Assembly: GCA_902800585.1 (NCBI GenBank)
Contig: CADCEW010000001.1
Location: 1,994-65,993, forward strand
Direction of reading: 5' to 3'
DNA: 64,000 nt
Source of the DNA: an uncultured Prevotellaceae bacterium
Lineage (GTDB): Bacteria > Bacteroidota > Bacteroidia > Bacteroidales > Bacteroidaceae
The notes beneath the pieces are model-generated. The model worked only from the letters and a program-made list of their open reading frames with translations. It was not told the DNA's origin and did not search any database. A program made the translations under genes and the position numbers. Shown here in pieces: positions 55,216 to 64,000 of this stretch (within the stretch, counting starts at the first letter, position 1; every line of letters begins with the position of its first letter).

Positions 55216-57819
55216 ATGAAACATCATCATTATACAGGCCTGAGTGATGCAGAGGTTCTTGAGAGCCGACAAAAATATGGTGCTAATATTCTGACAGAAC
55301 CTGAGAGGATTCCTTTGTGGAAACGGTTTCTTGAGAAATTCTTTGACCCTTTGATTGTCATATTGCTTGTTGCGGGAATCTTGTCAATAGGTATATCATG
55401 TTATGAGTTTCTGGTTTTACACGAAGGTTCTACTGTTTTTTTTGAACCTGTAGGTATCTTTATCGCCATATTACTTGCCACAGGAATAGCATTCCTCTTT
55501 GAAGTAAAGGCAGACCGTGAGTTCGCCATCTTGAATCAGGTGAATGACGAAGAGCCTGTTATGGTGATTCGTGACAGTCGTACTCAGCAGATACCTAAGT
55601 GTGAGGTGGTTGTAGGGGATATAGTGCTTGTCGCTACGGGTGACGAGATTGCTGCTGATGGTTTGTTGTTAGAGGCAGTATCGTTGAATATGGATGAATC
55701 TACATTGACGGGAGAACCTGTATGTTATAAGAGTGTAGACAAGAAAGAGTTTGATGCAGATGCCACATATCCGACGAATCATGTGTTAAGGGGTACCAAG
55801 GTTATGGAGGGACATGGTATCTGTCAGGTTCTTGCTGTAGGAGATGCCACGGAGAATGGTAAGGTGTATAAGGCCGCCCAAATAGATGATACCGTAAAGA
55901 CTCCATTGAATGAACAACTGGACCGCTTGGGCAAATTGATTACACAATTCAGTTATGCCATTGCTTTTCTGATTATCATTGGACGTGTCTTGATGTTTTT
56001 CCTTCATCATGATTTTGATTGGATACATTTTATCTCATATATATTGCAGACTGTTATGATAGCTGTAACCCTGATTGTCGTTGCTGTTCCTGAGGGATTG
56101 CCGATGGCTGTCACATTAAGTCTTGCCTATAGTATGAGACGTATGTTGAAAACCAATAATTTGGTGCGTAAACTGCATGCCTGTGAGACCATGGGGGCTA
56201 CTACGGTTATCTGCACGGATAAAACGGGTACTTTGACGCAGAATCAGATGCAGGTAAGTGATGTCTTCTTCTTTCAGGAGGACGAGTCTTGTCGCCAGTT
56301 GATATATGAGAATATCGCCGTAAACTCAACAGCAGTCCTTGATGTCTCCGATCAGACCAAACCTCATGTCTTGGGAAATCCCACAGAAGGTGCTTTGCTC
56401 ATTTGGCTTCATACCCAACATATCGACTATGATACTTTTCGTACACAGACAATGGTTGTTGAGGAACTGCCATTTACAACTGAGCGTAAGATGATGGCAA
56501 CAGTTGTTACCCATGGTGATAATCATGTATTATATGTGAAAGGAGCGCCTGAGATTGTTTTTGAGCGTTGTGTTAATGATGACCTACAGGCTACAGAGAC
56601 TTTGCAGCATCAACTGACTATATATCAAGAACAGGCGATGCGCACTTTGGGTTTTGCATATAAAGTACTATCTCCTGAGGAGGTTTGTATCGTTGATGGA
56701 CAATTGGTTGTTGACGATTTGACATTTCTGGGTATTGTCGCTATATCAGATCCCGTGCGTCCTGATGTTCCATTGGCAGTGAAGGAATGCCTGGATGCTG
56801 GTATCAAAGTGAAGATTGTGACGGGAGACACTCCCGGAACAGCGCGTGAGATAGGACGGCAGATTGGGCTATGGACGGAATCAGATGATGAGCGTCATAT
56901 CATAACAGGAGCTGCATTCGCCGCATTGTCTGATGAAGAGGTCCGTGAGCGTGTCATGGATTTGAAGATTATTGCCCGTGCTCGTCCTATGGATAAGAAA
57001 CGGTTGGTGGAGGCTTTACAGTCTTTAGGACAAGTGGTGGCAGTAACGGGAGATGGTACAAATGATGCACCAGCATTGAAGGTCGCCCATGTCGGACTGT
57101 CGATGGGAGATGGTACCTCTGTGGCAAAGGAAGCCTCTGATATTACCATCATTGATAATTCTTTCAGCAGTATCGGACGTGCAGTGATGTGGGGACGTTC
57201 ACTCTACCGGAATATTCAACGTTTCATCTTGTTCCAATTGACGGTGAATGTTGCAGCATGTCTAGTCGTTTTGTTTGGTGCCTTTATGGGGACGGAAATC
57301 CCTCTGACAGTCACCCAGATGTTATGGGTTAATCTTATTATGGATACCTTCGCTGCGATGGCATTGGCATCTTTGCCGCCTTCATCTGCTGTTATGCGTG
57401 ATAAGCCTCGTGACCGTCGAGCGTTCATCATCAATCGTCAGATGGCATGGAATATTATAACCGTGGGTGGACTGTTCTCGCTGATACTTATCGCATTGTT
57501 TTATTATTATGCTCATGCTGGCTGGAGTCTTTATGAACAGAGTCTTTATTTTACCATTTTTGTCATGCTTCAGTTTTGGAACATGTTCAATGCTCGTGCT
57601 TTCGCAACGGGGGAGAGTGCCTTGAAAGTAAAGGGATGTCGAGGGTTCCTTTTCATCGTAGAAATAATTTTCATTGGTCAGATTCTGATTGTCTCCTTTG
57701 GTGGGGAAATGTTTAATGTCACAAGTCTCCAATTAGTGCATTGGATCTATATCATTTGTGGAACATCCTTTGTCTTATGGATAGGTGAAGGCATCCGTTG
57801 GGTGAAAAAACGTCAATAA
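55216..57819 (+). CDS. P-type IIB (PMCA-like) Ca2+-translocating ATPase
   Basis: TGE, PEGL, DKTGT, TGD and TGDGTND motifs; -7-like TACCTTCG at 55204-55211. Confidence 0.95.
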   Translation: MKHHHYTGLSDAEVLESRQKYGANILTEPERIPLWKRFLEKFFDPLIVILLVAGILSIGISCYEFLVLHEGSTVFFEPVGIFIAILLATGIAFLFEVKADREFAILNQVNDEEPVMVIRDSRTQQIPKCEVVVGDIVLVATGDEIAADGLLLEAVSLNMDESTLTGEPVCYKSVDKKEFDADATYPTNHVLRGTKVMEGHGICQVLAVGDATENGKVYKAAQIDDTVKTPLNEQLDRLGKLITQFSYAIAFLIIIGRVLMFFLHHDFDWIHFISYILQTVMIAVTLIVVAVPEGLPMAVTLSLAYSMRRMLKTNNLVRKLHACETMGATTVICTDKTGTLTQNQMQVSDVFFFQEDESCRQLIYENIAVNSTAVLDVSDQTKPHVLGNPTEGALLIWLHTQHIDYDTFRTQTMVVEELPFTTERKMMATVVTHGDNHVLYVKGAPEIVFERCVNDDLQATETLQHQLTIYQEQAMRTLGFAYKVLSPEEVCIVDGQLVVDDLTFLGIVAISDPVRPDVPLAVKECLDAGIKVKIVTGDTPGTAREIGRQIGLWTESDDERHIITGAAFAALSDEEVRERVMDLKIIARARPMDKKRLVEALQSLGQVVAVTGDGTNDAPALKVAHVGLSMGDGTSVAKEASDITIIDNSFSSIGRAVMWGRSLYRNIQRFILFQLTVNVAACLVVLFGAFMGTEIPLTVTQMLWVNLIMDTFAAMALASLPPSSAVMRDKPRDRRAFIINRQMAWNIITVGGLFSLILIALFYYYAHAGWSLYEQSLYFTIFVMLQFWNMFNARAFATGESALKVKGCRGFLFIVEIIFIGQILIVSFGGEMFNVTSLQLVHWIYIICGTSFVLWIGEGIRWVKKRQ

Positions 57820-57877
57820 AAATAGGTAATATACGGGAAAAGTATTATCTTTGCATCAACATAGATGAATTAAGAGC

Positions 57878-58441
57878 ATGAAAACGAACAGAATCTACGT
57901 TTTGACCGTCATTGGCTGCCTGACGTTTGTCTTGGTTGCTTGCGGTGGAAAGAAAAAGAGTGATGATATTATAACAGAACGGGTTGAACAGCCAAAACCA
58001 CAGGAGCCTGTCCGTTTGCAGTCTTATACAGACGATAGAGATGTCAAGTGGATAGGTCGCACCTATCATGTTGCCATTAATCGTCAACCCTCCGATTCGT
58101 TGCCAATGGTGAAAGATGAGGTTGGCCAGCAGTTTGTTGATAATGTCATCACATTGGTAGTTTCCCGTGATAATGGCTCAGTATTCTATAGTCATTCATT
58201 TACCAAGAAAGATTTTGATAAATTCATTGACAATGACTATCGTAATACTGGTATTCTGGAAGGACTTGTGTTTGATAAAGCAAATGGCGACTGGCTGGAA
58301 TTTGCAGCCAGTGTAAGTCATCCTCAGACCGATGAGTATATTCCTTTGATAGTTAGTCTCTCTCGGACGGGTGATATTGTCATCAAGCATGATGCCGACA
58401 TGGACACCAATGCTTTTGAAACCGATTCCATAAACAGATGA
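57878..58441 (+). CDS. DUF4738-like lipoprotein
   Basis: Lipobox LVAC; FAASVSHPQTDEYIPL motif; -7 box TATCTTTG at 57846-57853. Confidence 0.75.
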   Translation: MKTNRIYVLTVIGCLTFVLVACGGKKKSDDIITERVEQPKPQEPVRLQSYTDDRDVKWIGRTYHVAINRQPSDSLPMVKDEVGQQFVDNVITLVVSRDNGSVFYSHSFTKKDFDKFIDNDYRNTGILEGLVFDKANGDWLEFAASVSHPQTDEYIPLIVSLSRTGDIVIKHDADMDTNAFETDSINR

Positions 58442-59126
58442 GGCTTCTGATATCAGGTAATACAATGTCAGCCCCTTTGTCACTTAGTTCTTGATCTGGC
58501 AACGGTCCCGTATTTACTGCGATAGTAAAACATTTGGCTGCTACAGCAGCCTGAACACCTAATGGGGCGTTTTCTACGACAATCGTCTCCCATGGTTTAA
58601 CACCAACTTTCTGCATTCCTATCAGATAGGGATCTGGAGCAGGCTTTCCATGACTTACATCGAAACTGGTAACAATCAAGTCTTGGCATACCAGCCCTTT
58701 GAAGTCTGTTGCTAATTTATCCAGCATGGTACGTTGTCCACTACCTGTTACTACACAGATATTGATGCCATCAGCCTTAATTTGGCGCATAAGTTCATCA
58801 ATACCTTCCATCTTAGGGGCAGGAGGGCATTGACTGAATGCGGTAGCCTTGAGGTCATACATCCGTTTTGCTTCTTCATCACTGATTTCACGCTTCCATT
58901 GTTGAAGTGCTTTCAGTTTGATGGTCTCTACACCACGCATTCCCTCGTATAGATAGGCCTCTTCCTCTGCCATGTGAATACCTATGGACTCCATGGTCTC
59001 ATGCCATGAGCGAGCATGGTTAGGCATGGAATTGTAGATGACACCGTCCATGTCGAAAAGCACGGCTTTTGGGCAGAACTGCTCAAAGCCGTGCTTTTTT
59101 AGGTATTTCTGAACAATTTTTTTCAT
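58383..59126 (-). CDS. HAD-family hydrolase (beta-phosphoglucomutase-like)
   Basis: [18 protein letters not shown] and VENAPLG motifs. Confidence 0.9.
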   Translation of the reverse strand: MKKIVQKYLKKHGFEQFCPKAVLFDMDGVIYNSMPNHARSWHETMESIGIHMAEEEAYLYEGMRGVETIKLKALQQWKREISDEEAKRMYDLKATAFSQCPPAPKMEGIDELMRQIKADGINICVVTGSGQRTMLDKLATDFKGLVCQDLIVTSFDVSHGKPAPDPYLIGMQKVGVKPWETIVVENAPLGVQAAVAAKCFTIAVNTGPLPDQELSDKGADIVLPDIRSLICLWNRFQKHWCPCRHHA

Positions 59127-60478
59127 TGCTCTTTTGCCAGACGCTCCTTGATAGCCTTTGAGTCATCCTCATAGCCAGGTTTATCAAGCAGGGCAAACAT
59201 ATTCTTCTTATAGGCTTCCACACCAGGCTGATTGAATGGGTTAACACCCAAGACATTGCCACTGATGCCACAACCAATCTCGAAGAAATAGATTAATTGA
59301 CCGATATAATATTCGTTCAGTTTGGGAACGCTAATTCGGATATTAGGCACACCGCCGTCTACATGGGCAAGGCGTGTTCCAAGTTCTGCCATCTTATTGA
59401 CTTCGTCAACTCGTTTGCCAGCGAGGAAGTTCAAGCCATCCAGGTTCTCTTCGTCACTGGGGAACAGTAACTGCTTATTGGGTTCTTCAATAGAAATAAC
59501 GGTCTCGAAGATGGTGCGCTCGCCATCCTGAATCCACTGACCCATAGAATGCAGGTCAGTAGTGAAATCACAAGAGGCAGGGAAGATACCCTTCTTGTCC
59601 TTACCCTCAGACTCTCCGTAAAGTTGTTTCCACCACTCGGAGATGAAATGGAGTTTTGGCTGATAGTTCACCATAATCTCAATCTTCTTGCCAGCACCAT
59701 ACAAGCCGTTACGAACTGCTGCATACTGAGCTGCGAGATTCTCCTCAAACGGGACATCCTTACCGCATGCTTTCTCCATATCTACAGCACCTTGTACGAG
59801 TTGTTTGATGTCGAAACCTGCACAGGCAATAGGCAGCAGACCTACAGGAGTCAGTACAGAGAAACGACCACCTACGTTGTCAGGAATGATGAAACTCTTA
59901 TACCCTTCTTTGTCGGCACAAGTACGGGCAGCACCACGTTTAGCATCCGTTACAGCAACAATCACGTCCTTGGCAACATCTTTGCCCATCTGAGCCTCAC
60001 ATTGTTTTTTCAGCAGACGGAACGTTAATGCGGTCTCAGTGGTCGTACCAGACTTGGATATATTGATGACACCGAATTTCTTGTCTTTAAGATACTCCGT
60101 CATTTCAGAGAGGTAGTCTTCTCCGATGTTGTTACCGGCAAAGAGAATCGTGGGATTCTTTTGGTCTTGGATAAGCCATGCGAAAGAGTTGCCTAATGCC
60201 TCGATGACGGCACGTGCACCTAGATAAGAGCCACCGATACCAGCGACAACCACCACTTCGCATTTCTCTCTTAATGTGTTTGCTACAGCCTGAACCTCAT
60301 CAAGGAAAGCAGGTGTGATACTGCTTGGCAGATGCAACCATCCTAAGAAGTCGTTACCAGGGCAGGTGCCATTTTCCAAAGCCTCTTGTGCGGCTTTCAC
60401 TTTTGGCTCGAAAGCCTTCACGGCTCCTGCTTCAAGGAAACAAGCAGCCTTTGTGATGTCAAGTTTGATGTTCTTCAT
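59123..60478 (-). CDS. pgi: Glucose-6-phosphate isomerase
   Basis: [33 protein letters not shown] and [12 protein letters not shown] motifs. Confidence 0.98.
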   Translation of the reverse strand: MKNIKLDITKAACFLEAGAVKAFEPKVKAAQEALENGTCPGNDFLGWLHLPSSITPAFLDEVQAVANTLREKCEVVVVAGIGGSYLGARAVIEALGNSFAWLIQDQKNPTILFAGNNIGEDYLSEMTEYLKDKKFGVINISKSGTTTETALTFRLLKKQCEAQMGKDVAKDVIVAVTDAKRGAARTCADKEGYKSFIIPDNVGGRFSVLTPVGLLPIACAGFDIKQLVQGAVDMEKACGKDVPFEENLAAQYAAVRNGLYGAGKKIEIMVNYQPKLHFISEWWKQLYGESEGKDKKGIFPASCDFTTDLHSMGQWIQDGERTIFETVISIEEPNKQLLFPSDEENLDGLNFLAGKRVDEVNKMAELGTRLAHVDGGVPNIRISVPKLNEYYIGQLIYFFEIGCGISGNVLGVNPFNQPGVEAYKKNMFALLDKPGYEDDSKAIKERLAKEQ

Positions 60479-60492
60479 AATCGTTTATTTTA

Positions 60493-61488
60493 TTATCTAA
60501 ATGAATCTGTTAGTAGCTTGATTTCGATTTGCGGAGAAATACGCTCATATAATATATTGTATACAGCGTCCAGGATAGGCATATTGACATGGCAGTGACG
60601 GTTGATTTCTTTCATACACTTTGTACCGAAATAACCCTCTGCAATCATCTCCATCTCTATCTGTGCTGATTTGACAGAATAGCCTTTGCCAATCATGGTA
60701 CCGAACGTTCGATTACGGGAGAAATTGGAATAGCCCGTTACCAGGAGGTCGCCAAGATACACACTGTCCACAATATTACGCTCTATAGGATGTACCACCT
60801 TCAGGAAACGTGCCATCTCCTGTACAGCATTGGCCATCAATACTGCCTGGAAGTTATCTCCGAACTTCAATCCGTTGCAGATACCTGCGGCAATAGCATA
60901 GACATTCTTCAGCACAGAGGAGTATTCTATGCCAATGACATCAGTGGATGTTTTGGTTTTGATATAGTCACTTGCCATGACATCCGCGAAAGCCTGCGCT
61001 TTCTCTCTGTCTGCACATCCCACTGTCAGATAACTGAGTCGCTCCAGAGCAACTTCCTCTGCATGTGAGGGACCACCTATACATGCAAGATTCTCATAAG
61101 GCACGTCATATACTTGATGGAAATACTCAGAGCATACAAGATTCTCGTCAGGTACAATACCTTTGATGGCCGTGATGATGAACTTGTCACGGATACGTGT
61201 CTTCAACTTCTTGAGATGACTTTTCAAATAGGGTGAAGGCGTGACAAACACCAGTGTGTCATACATCTGTACAATCTTGTTGAGGTCGGATGAGAAGAAA
61301 ATCTCGTCAGTATCGAATCGGACACTCATTAAGTAAGCGGGATTATGACCGAGTCGCTTGAAATCCTCAATACGGTCATCACGACGCATATACCATCCTA
61401 TGTGATGAGTGTGCCTCACCACAATCTTGGCTATTGCGGTAGCCCAACTACCGCCACCAATGATGGCAATCTTTCCGCAGTCGTACAT
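60493..61488 (-). CDS. gpsA: NAD(P)H-dependent glycerol-3-phosphate dehydrogenase
   Basis: GGGSWATA, GPSHAEEV, KNVYAIA, GDLLVT and SRNR motifs. Confidence 0.96.
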   Translation of the reverse strand: MYDCGKIAIIGGGSWATAIAKIVVRHTHHIGWYMRRDDRIEDFKRLGHNPAYLMSVRFDTDEIFFSSDLNKIVQMYDTLVFVTPSPYLKSHLKKLKTRIRDKFIITAIKGIVPDENLVCSEYFHQVYDVPYENLACIGGPSHAEEVALERLSYLTVGCADREKAQAFADVMASDYIKTKTSTDVIGIEYSSVLKNVYAIAAGICNGLKFGDNFQAVLMANAVQEMARFLKVVHPIERNIVDSVYLGDLLVTGYSNFSRNRTFGTMIGKGYSVKSAQIEMEMIAEGYFGTKCMKEINRHCHVNMPILDAVYNILYERISPQIEIKLLTDSFR

Positions 61489-61490
61489 AT

Positions 61491-63218
61491 TTAGTTCGCT
61501 TTGTCAATCCAACTTTGTACTTCGTCAACAGTTGGTTTAGTCAGTTCAAGTTTGAATTTCTTGACAATGTCTCCAATCTTCTGTTGCAATCCCTGTGCTT
61601 TCTCCTCTTTAATATTGGAGATGAGGTTGAAACCAGCCTTGCGGAGAATGGGAACCCATTCCTCGCTGACACCAATCTCTGCCCATTCGGCTACCGTGCT
61701 TTGGGGAATCTTCTTTTCTGGTTTCATCTGAGGGAAGAAGAGTACCTCTTGGATAAAGGTTTTACCTGTCATCAACATCACCAGACGATCAATACCGATA
61801 CCAATACCAGAGGTAGGCGGCATACCATATTGCAAGGCACGCAGAAAATCCTGATCGATAATCATGGCTTCATCATCACCTTTGTCTGCGAGTTTCATCT
61901 GCTCAACGAAACGCTCTTCCTGATCAATGGGGTCGTTCAACTCAGAATAGGCATTAGCCAATTCCTTACCATTCACCATCAACTCGAAACGCTCTGTCAA
62001 TCCAGGCTTTGAACGATGCATCTTCGTCAGGGGAGACATCTCAACGGGATAATCAGTGATAAAAGTAGGTTGGATGAAGGTTCCCTCACAGAACTCTCCA
62101 AAGAGTTCATCAATCAGTTTACCTTTGCCCATAGTTTCATCGACATCCATACCTTTTGACTTACAGAAATCACGGATTTCCTCCTCGCTCTTGCCATCAC
62201 AGTCAAAACCTGTCTTTTCCTTGATGGCATCCAAGATAGGCAAGCGACGATAAGGAGCCTTGAACGATACGATGTTACCGTCAATCTCCCGCTCTGGCTT
62301 TCCATTTACAGCGATACAAATCGTTTCAAGCAACTTCTCAGTAAACGACATCATCCAGTTATAGTCCTTATACTGCACATAGAGCTCCATACAGGTGAAC
62401 TCGGGGTTGTGATTACGGTCCATACCCTCGTTACGGAAGTTCTTACCAATCTCATAGACACCTTCGAAACCGCCAACAATCAGTCGTTTCAGATAAAGTT
62501 CTGTAGCAATACGCATATACATGTCTTGGTCAAGCGCATTGAAATGAGTGATGAAAGGACGGGCAGAAGCACCTCCTGCAATCATCTGAAGGGTAGGGGT
62601 CTCGACCTCAGTATAGCCAGCTTCATCCAGTACCTTACGGAGTGTCCGGATAACAGTAGCTCTCTGAAGGAAAGTTTCCTTGACACCCTCATTGACCACC
62701 AAATCAACATAACGCTGGCGATAGCGCAGTTCTGGATCATCAAATTTGTCATAGGCGACACCATCCTTATATTTCACGATGGGCAGAGGCTTTAGACTCT
62801 TGGATAATAGTGTCAGTTCTTGTGCATGGACAGAGATTTCTCCTGTCTGTGTACGGAATACAAAGCCTTTTACGCCAATGAAGTCTCCGATGTCTAACAG
62901 ACGCTTAAAAACTATATTGTATAAATCTTTGTTTTCTCCTGGACAGAGATCGTCACGGGAGATATACACTTGAATTCTTCCTTTGCTGTCCTGAATCTCT
63001 GCAAAACTTGCCTTACCCATGACACGACGACTCATCATACGACCGGCAATACATACTTGTCGCGGTTCGTCTTCATCTTTGAAGTTTTCGCGTATATCGG
63101 TAGAAAATGCATTCGTGGTATATTCGGCTGCAGGATAAGGGTTGATACCCATCTGTCGCAGTTCTTGCAGACTCTCACGTCTGCCAATCTCTTGTTCACT
63201 AAGTTCTAAAACGTTCAT
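61491..63218 (-). CDS. lysS: Lysine-tRNA ligase (class II) with the Bacteroidales C-terminal extension
   Basis: [27 protein letters not shown] and [15 protein letters not shown] motifs; start at MNVLELSEQ (63218). Confidence 0.98.
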   Translation of the reverse strand: MNVLELSEQEIGRRESLQELRQMGINPYPAAEYTTNAFSTDIRENFKDEDEPRQVCIAGRMMSRRVMGKASFAEIQDSKGRIQVYISRDDLCPGENKDLYNIVFKRLLDIGDFIGVKGFVFRTQTGEISVHAQELTLLSKSLKPLPIVKYKDGVAYDKFDDPELRYRQRYVDLVVNEGVKETFLQRATVIRTLRKVLDEAGYTEVETPTLQMIAGGASARPFITHFNALDQDMYMRIATELYLKRLIVGGFEGVYEIGKNFRNEGMDRNHNPEFTCMELYVQYKDYNWMMSFTEKLLETICIAVNGKPEREIDGNIVSFKAPYRRLPILDAIKEKTGFDCDGKSEEEIRDFCKSKGMDVDETMGKGKLIDELFGEFCEGTFIQPTFITDYPVEMSPLTKMHRSKPGLTERFELMVNGKELANAYSELNDPIDQEERFVEQMKLADKGDDEAMIIDQDFLRALQYGMPPTSGIGIGIDRLVMLMTGKTFIQEVLFFPQMKPEKKIPQSTVAEWAEIGVSEEWVPILRKAGFNLISNIKEEKAQGLQQKIGDIVKKFKLELTKPTVDEVQSWIDKAN

Positions 63219-63245
63219 ATAATTATAATTGAATGTATTATGGAT

Positions 63246-63364
63246 GCAAAGGTAGTGCAAACCGAGTGAAAAACCAAATTTTATTTGAGTTTTTCCGAGG
63301 TGCAGCCTACTTTCGCTGTATTTTTCAGCAAAGGTAGTGCAAACCGAGTGAAAAACCAAATTTT
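63246..63364. repeat. Palindromic promoter-bearing repeat: 37-bp direct repeat x2 with an intervening inverted copy
   Basis: GCAAAGGTAGTGCAAACCGAGTGAAAAACCAAATTTT at 63246-63282 and 63328-63364; 63283-63316 is an imperfect reverse complement. Confidence 0.85.
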
Positions 63365-63416
63365 TTCTTTCGTTTTTAGGTGCTACGTTAAATAATTGCT
63401 AAAAATAAGACAATAA

Positions 63417-63448
63417 TTTGGTTAAATAAAGAAAACTTCTTATATTTG
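63417..63448 (+). promoter_or_regulatory. Sigma-A promoter for the ROK gene
   Basis: TTTG 63417-63420, 20 nt, TATATTTG 63441-63448. Confidence 0.75.
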
Positions 63449-63487
63449 CCACACTAAAACAAATTTTGTAAATCTATTAATTGCATC

Positions 63488-64000
63488 ATGGAAGAGGATA
63501 AAATCAAAACAAGAGTTGTTGGTGTCGATATCAGTAATGAACGTACGACTTATGCTGTTGTTGATCTTCGCGGTAATATTATAGCCGAAGATAATTTTGT
63601 AACTACAGACTATGAGGATGTCAATAATTTCGTCTCAGTAATCTGTGAGAAGATACTGGAGATGGTAGAGGCTAATGGTGGCTATGAGACGATTCGTTCA
63701 TTGGGTATCAGTTCTCCAAGTGCCAGTTTTATTTCAGGTAATATAGTAAATGCTCCTAATCTTCCATGGAAAGGCATTATCCCATTGTCAGCCATGATAC
63801 GTGACCGTTTGGGACTTGCTGTTGCTGTGGCTAATGACGCACATGTAGCAGCCTTAGGTGAATATACGTTTGGAGCGGCTCATGGTATGAAAGATTTTAT
63901 TATTATCAGCCTGGGAATTGGCTTGGGTAGTTGTTTCTTCTCGAAGGGCCATGAGCATCAGGGACATGAGGGATTTGCCGGAGAGTTCGGACATACTTGT
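63488..64000 (+). CDS. ROK-family sugar kinase (glucokinase-like), truncated by the window end
   Basis: Hand translation: VGVDIS, APNLPW, VANDAHVAALGE, SLGIGLG and GEFGH; not in the ORF track because it has no stop in the window. Confidence 0.9.
   Translation, partial: MEEDKIKTRVVGVDISNERTTYAVVDLRGNIIAEDNFVTTDYEDVNNFVSVICEKILEMVEANGGYETIRSLGISSPSASFISGNIVNAPNLPWKGIIPLSAMIRDRLGLAVAVANDAHVAALGEYTFGAAHGMKDFIIISLGIGLGSCFFSKGHEHQGHEGFAGEFGHTC

Noticed and set aside
63219-63359. N-terminal extension of LysRS in the ORF track, or a lysine riboswitch/T-box leader
   Set aside because: The extension is the translated repeat element and contains the promoters; the leader is too short and lacks recognisable riboswitch or T-box motifs.
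63246-63364. CRISPR mini-array (37-bp direct repeats 45 nt apart)
   Set aside because: Only two copies, the 'spacer' is largely the reverse complement of the repeat, there are no cas genes, and the unit is explained by promoter boxes.

Overview
A 64 kb chromosomal segment from a Bacteroidota (Prevotellaceae-like) bacterium, inferred from the gene families present and repeated TTTG-N19/20-TANNTTTG sigma-A promoters. Housekeeping genes (purD, DPP IV, THUMP rRNA methylase, nhaD, tsaA/trmO, P-type ATPase, pgi, gpsA, lysS, partial ROK kinase) frame three accessory-looking blocks. (1) 18.2-32.5 kb: a LuxR regulator, two tandem paralogous hybrid-two-component-type beta-propeller sensors that lack the HisKA/REC/AraC output and share an acidic C-terminal tail, then GH31-GH2-GH31 with no SusC/D. 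(2) 32.5-37.5 kb: a three-gene membrane cassette, inverted repeats, an antitoxin with a frameshifted RelE/ParE toxin, and an outer-membrane barrel. (3) 41.4-50.9 kb, the strongest candidate for an undescribed system: an eight-gene operon of FHA protein, membrane Ser/Thr kinase with an atypical catalytic loop, soluble non-RD kinase, membrane-anchored PP2C with a coiled coil, FHA-TM protein, FHA-FHA-TM-trypsin protease, WG-repeat protein and a secreted triple-repeat protein. Upstream of lysS is a palindromic repeat carrying complete back-to-back promoters. I saw no rRNA, tRNA, CRISPR array, transposase or integrase. All family assignments come from motif recognition by eye; no database searches were run.
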